A stretch of DNA of 64,000 bases from Geosiphon pyriformis uo1 (Eukaryota > Fungi > Glomeromycota), in NCBI GenBank assembly GCA_016748015.1, contig JAAOMT010000572.1, forward strand, positions 1 to 64,000, in the 5' to 3' direction. A model generated the notes under the pieces. That model had not been told where the DNA came from. It searched no databases and was given only the letters and a program-made list of their open reading frames with translations. The position numbers and the translations under genes were made by a program. This document shows, piece by piece, positions 63,485 to 64,000 of this stretch (position 1 is its first letter; each line of letters begins with the position of its first letter).

Positions 63485-64000
63485 ATTAAACTATATAACA
63501 TTTAAAATTTACTAAATTATTTAATAATTTGACAAAATATTTAATTATTTACCAAAATAATCTATAATTTACAGAAATAATTTGTAGTTTAATAAAATAT
63601 ATTTTTAATTTGTCAAAATATTAGCAAAAAAAATATTAAATTATAAAATTATACTATAATAAGTTGTATAAAGAAAAACTTTTCTTTTTAAAAAAATATA
63701 TTTTAATTAAAATAATATCTTATTTTATAATTAATAATTAATTACTATAAATCAATTTAATAAAAATTGTTTTAAAAACACAAATTTTTAATTATTACTA
63801 TTTTGAAATTACTTATTTCAAACTAATATTATAAAATTAATTAGTTATCAATTTTAATAATTGTTAGTAACTTTTAGATCTGGATCTAAAACAATTTTCT
63901 TAAAAACACATTTCTTATTTTTTTTTCTTTTTTTTATATTATTAAGTAGTTTATAATTAAAATTTCTTGTAAAATGTTGATTTTTATAGCAAAATAACTA

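Larger units (their letters stand above)
60303..64000 (-). repeat. AT-rich repeat family, copy 3 (inverted), interrupted by two LINE insertions
   Basis: 60303-60453, 60518-60566 and 63485-64000 join into the reverse complement of 58547-59365. Confidence 0.75.

Overview
AT-rich, intron-containing eukaryotic DNA. A fungal origin is likely; the transposon families and gene structure suggest an early-diverging, Glomeromycotina-like fungus, which I cannot confirm. About 90% of the window is nested, decayed retrotransposons. These include at least six Ty3/Gypsy-type copies (two carry a dUTPase and a Cys-rich insert in Pol; three copies show a post-integrase extra ORF), several solo or nested LTRs with 4-bp TSDs, and 7-8 copies or fragments of an APE-RT-RNaseH LINE family, four with recognisable TSDs. 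One intact host gene, a 14-exon phosphoinositide phospholipase C (41888-46007), sits in a CpG-retaining island. The strongest signals are: (1) near-exclusive C>T/G>A erosion of repeats in CpG and non-CpG contexts, grading from about 9% pairwise divergence to ~90% AT 'ghost' elements (RIP-like); (2) an unusual Gypsy lineage with PR-(CxxC)n-dUTPase-RT-RH-IN plus a conserved non-env ORF3 and a hairpin-masked PBS; (3) a structured LINE 3' UTR with an un-eroded homologue upstream of the PLC gene. All coordinates, alignments and counts were made by eye.
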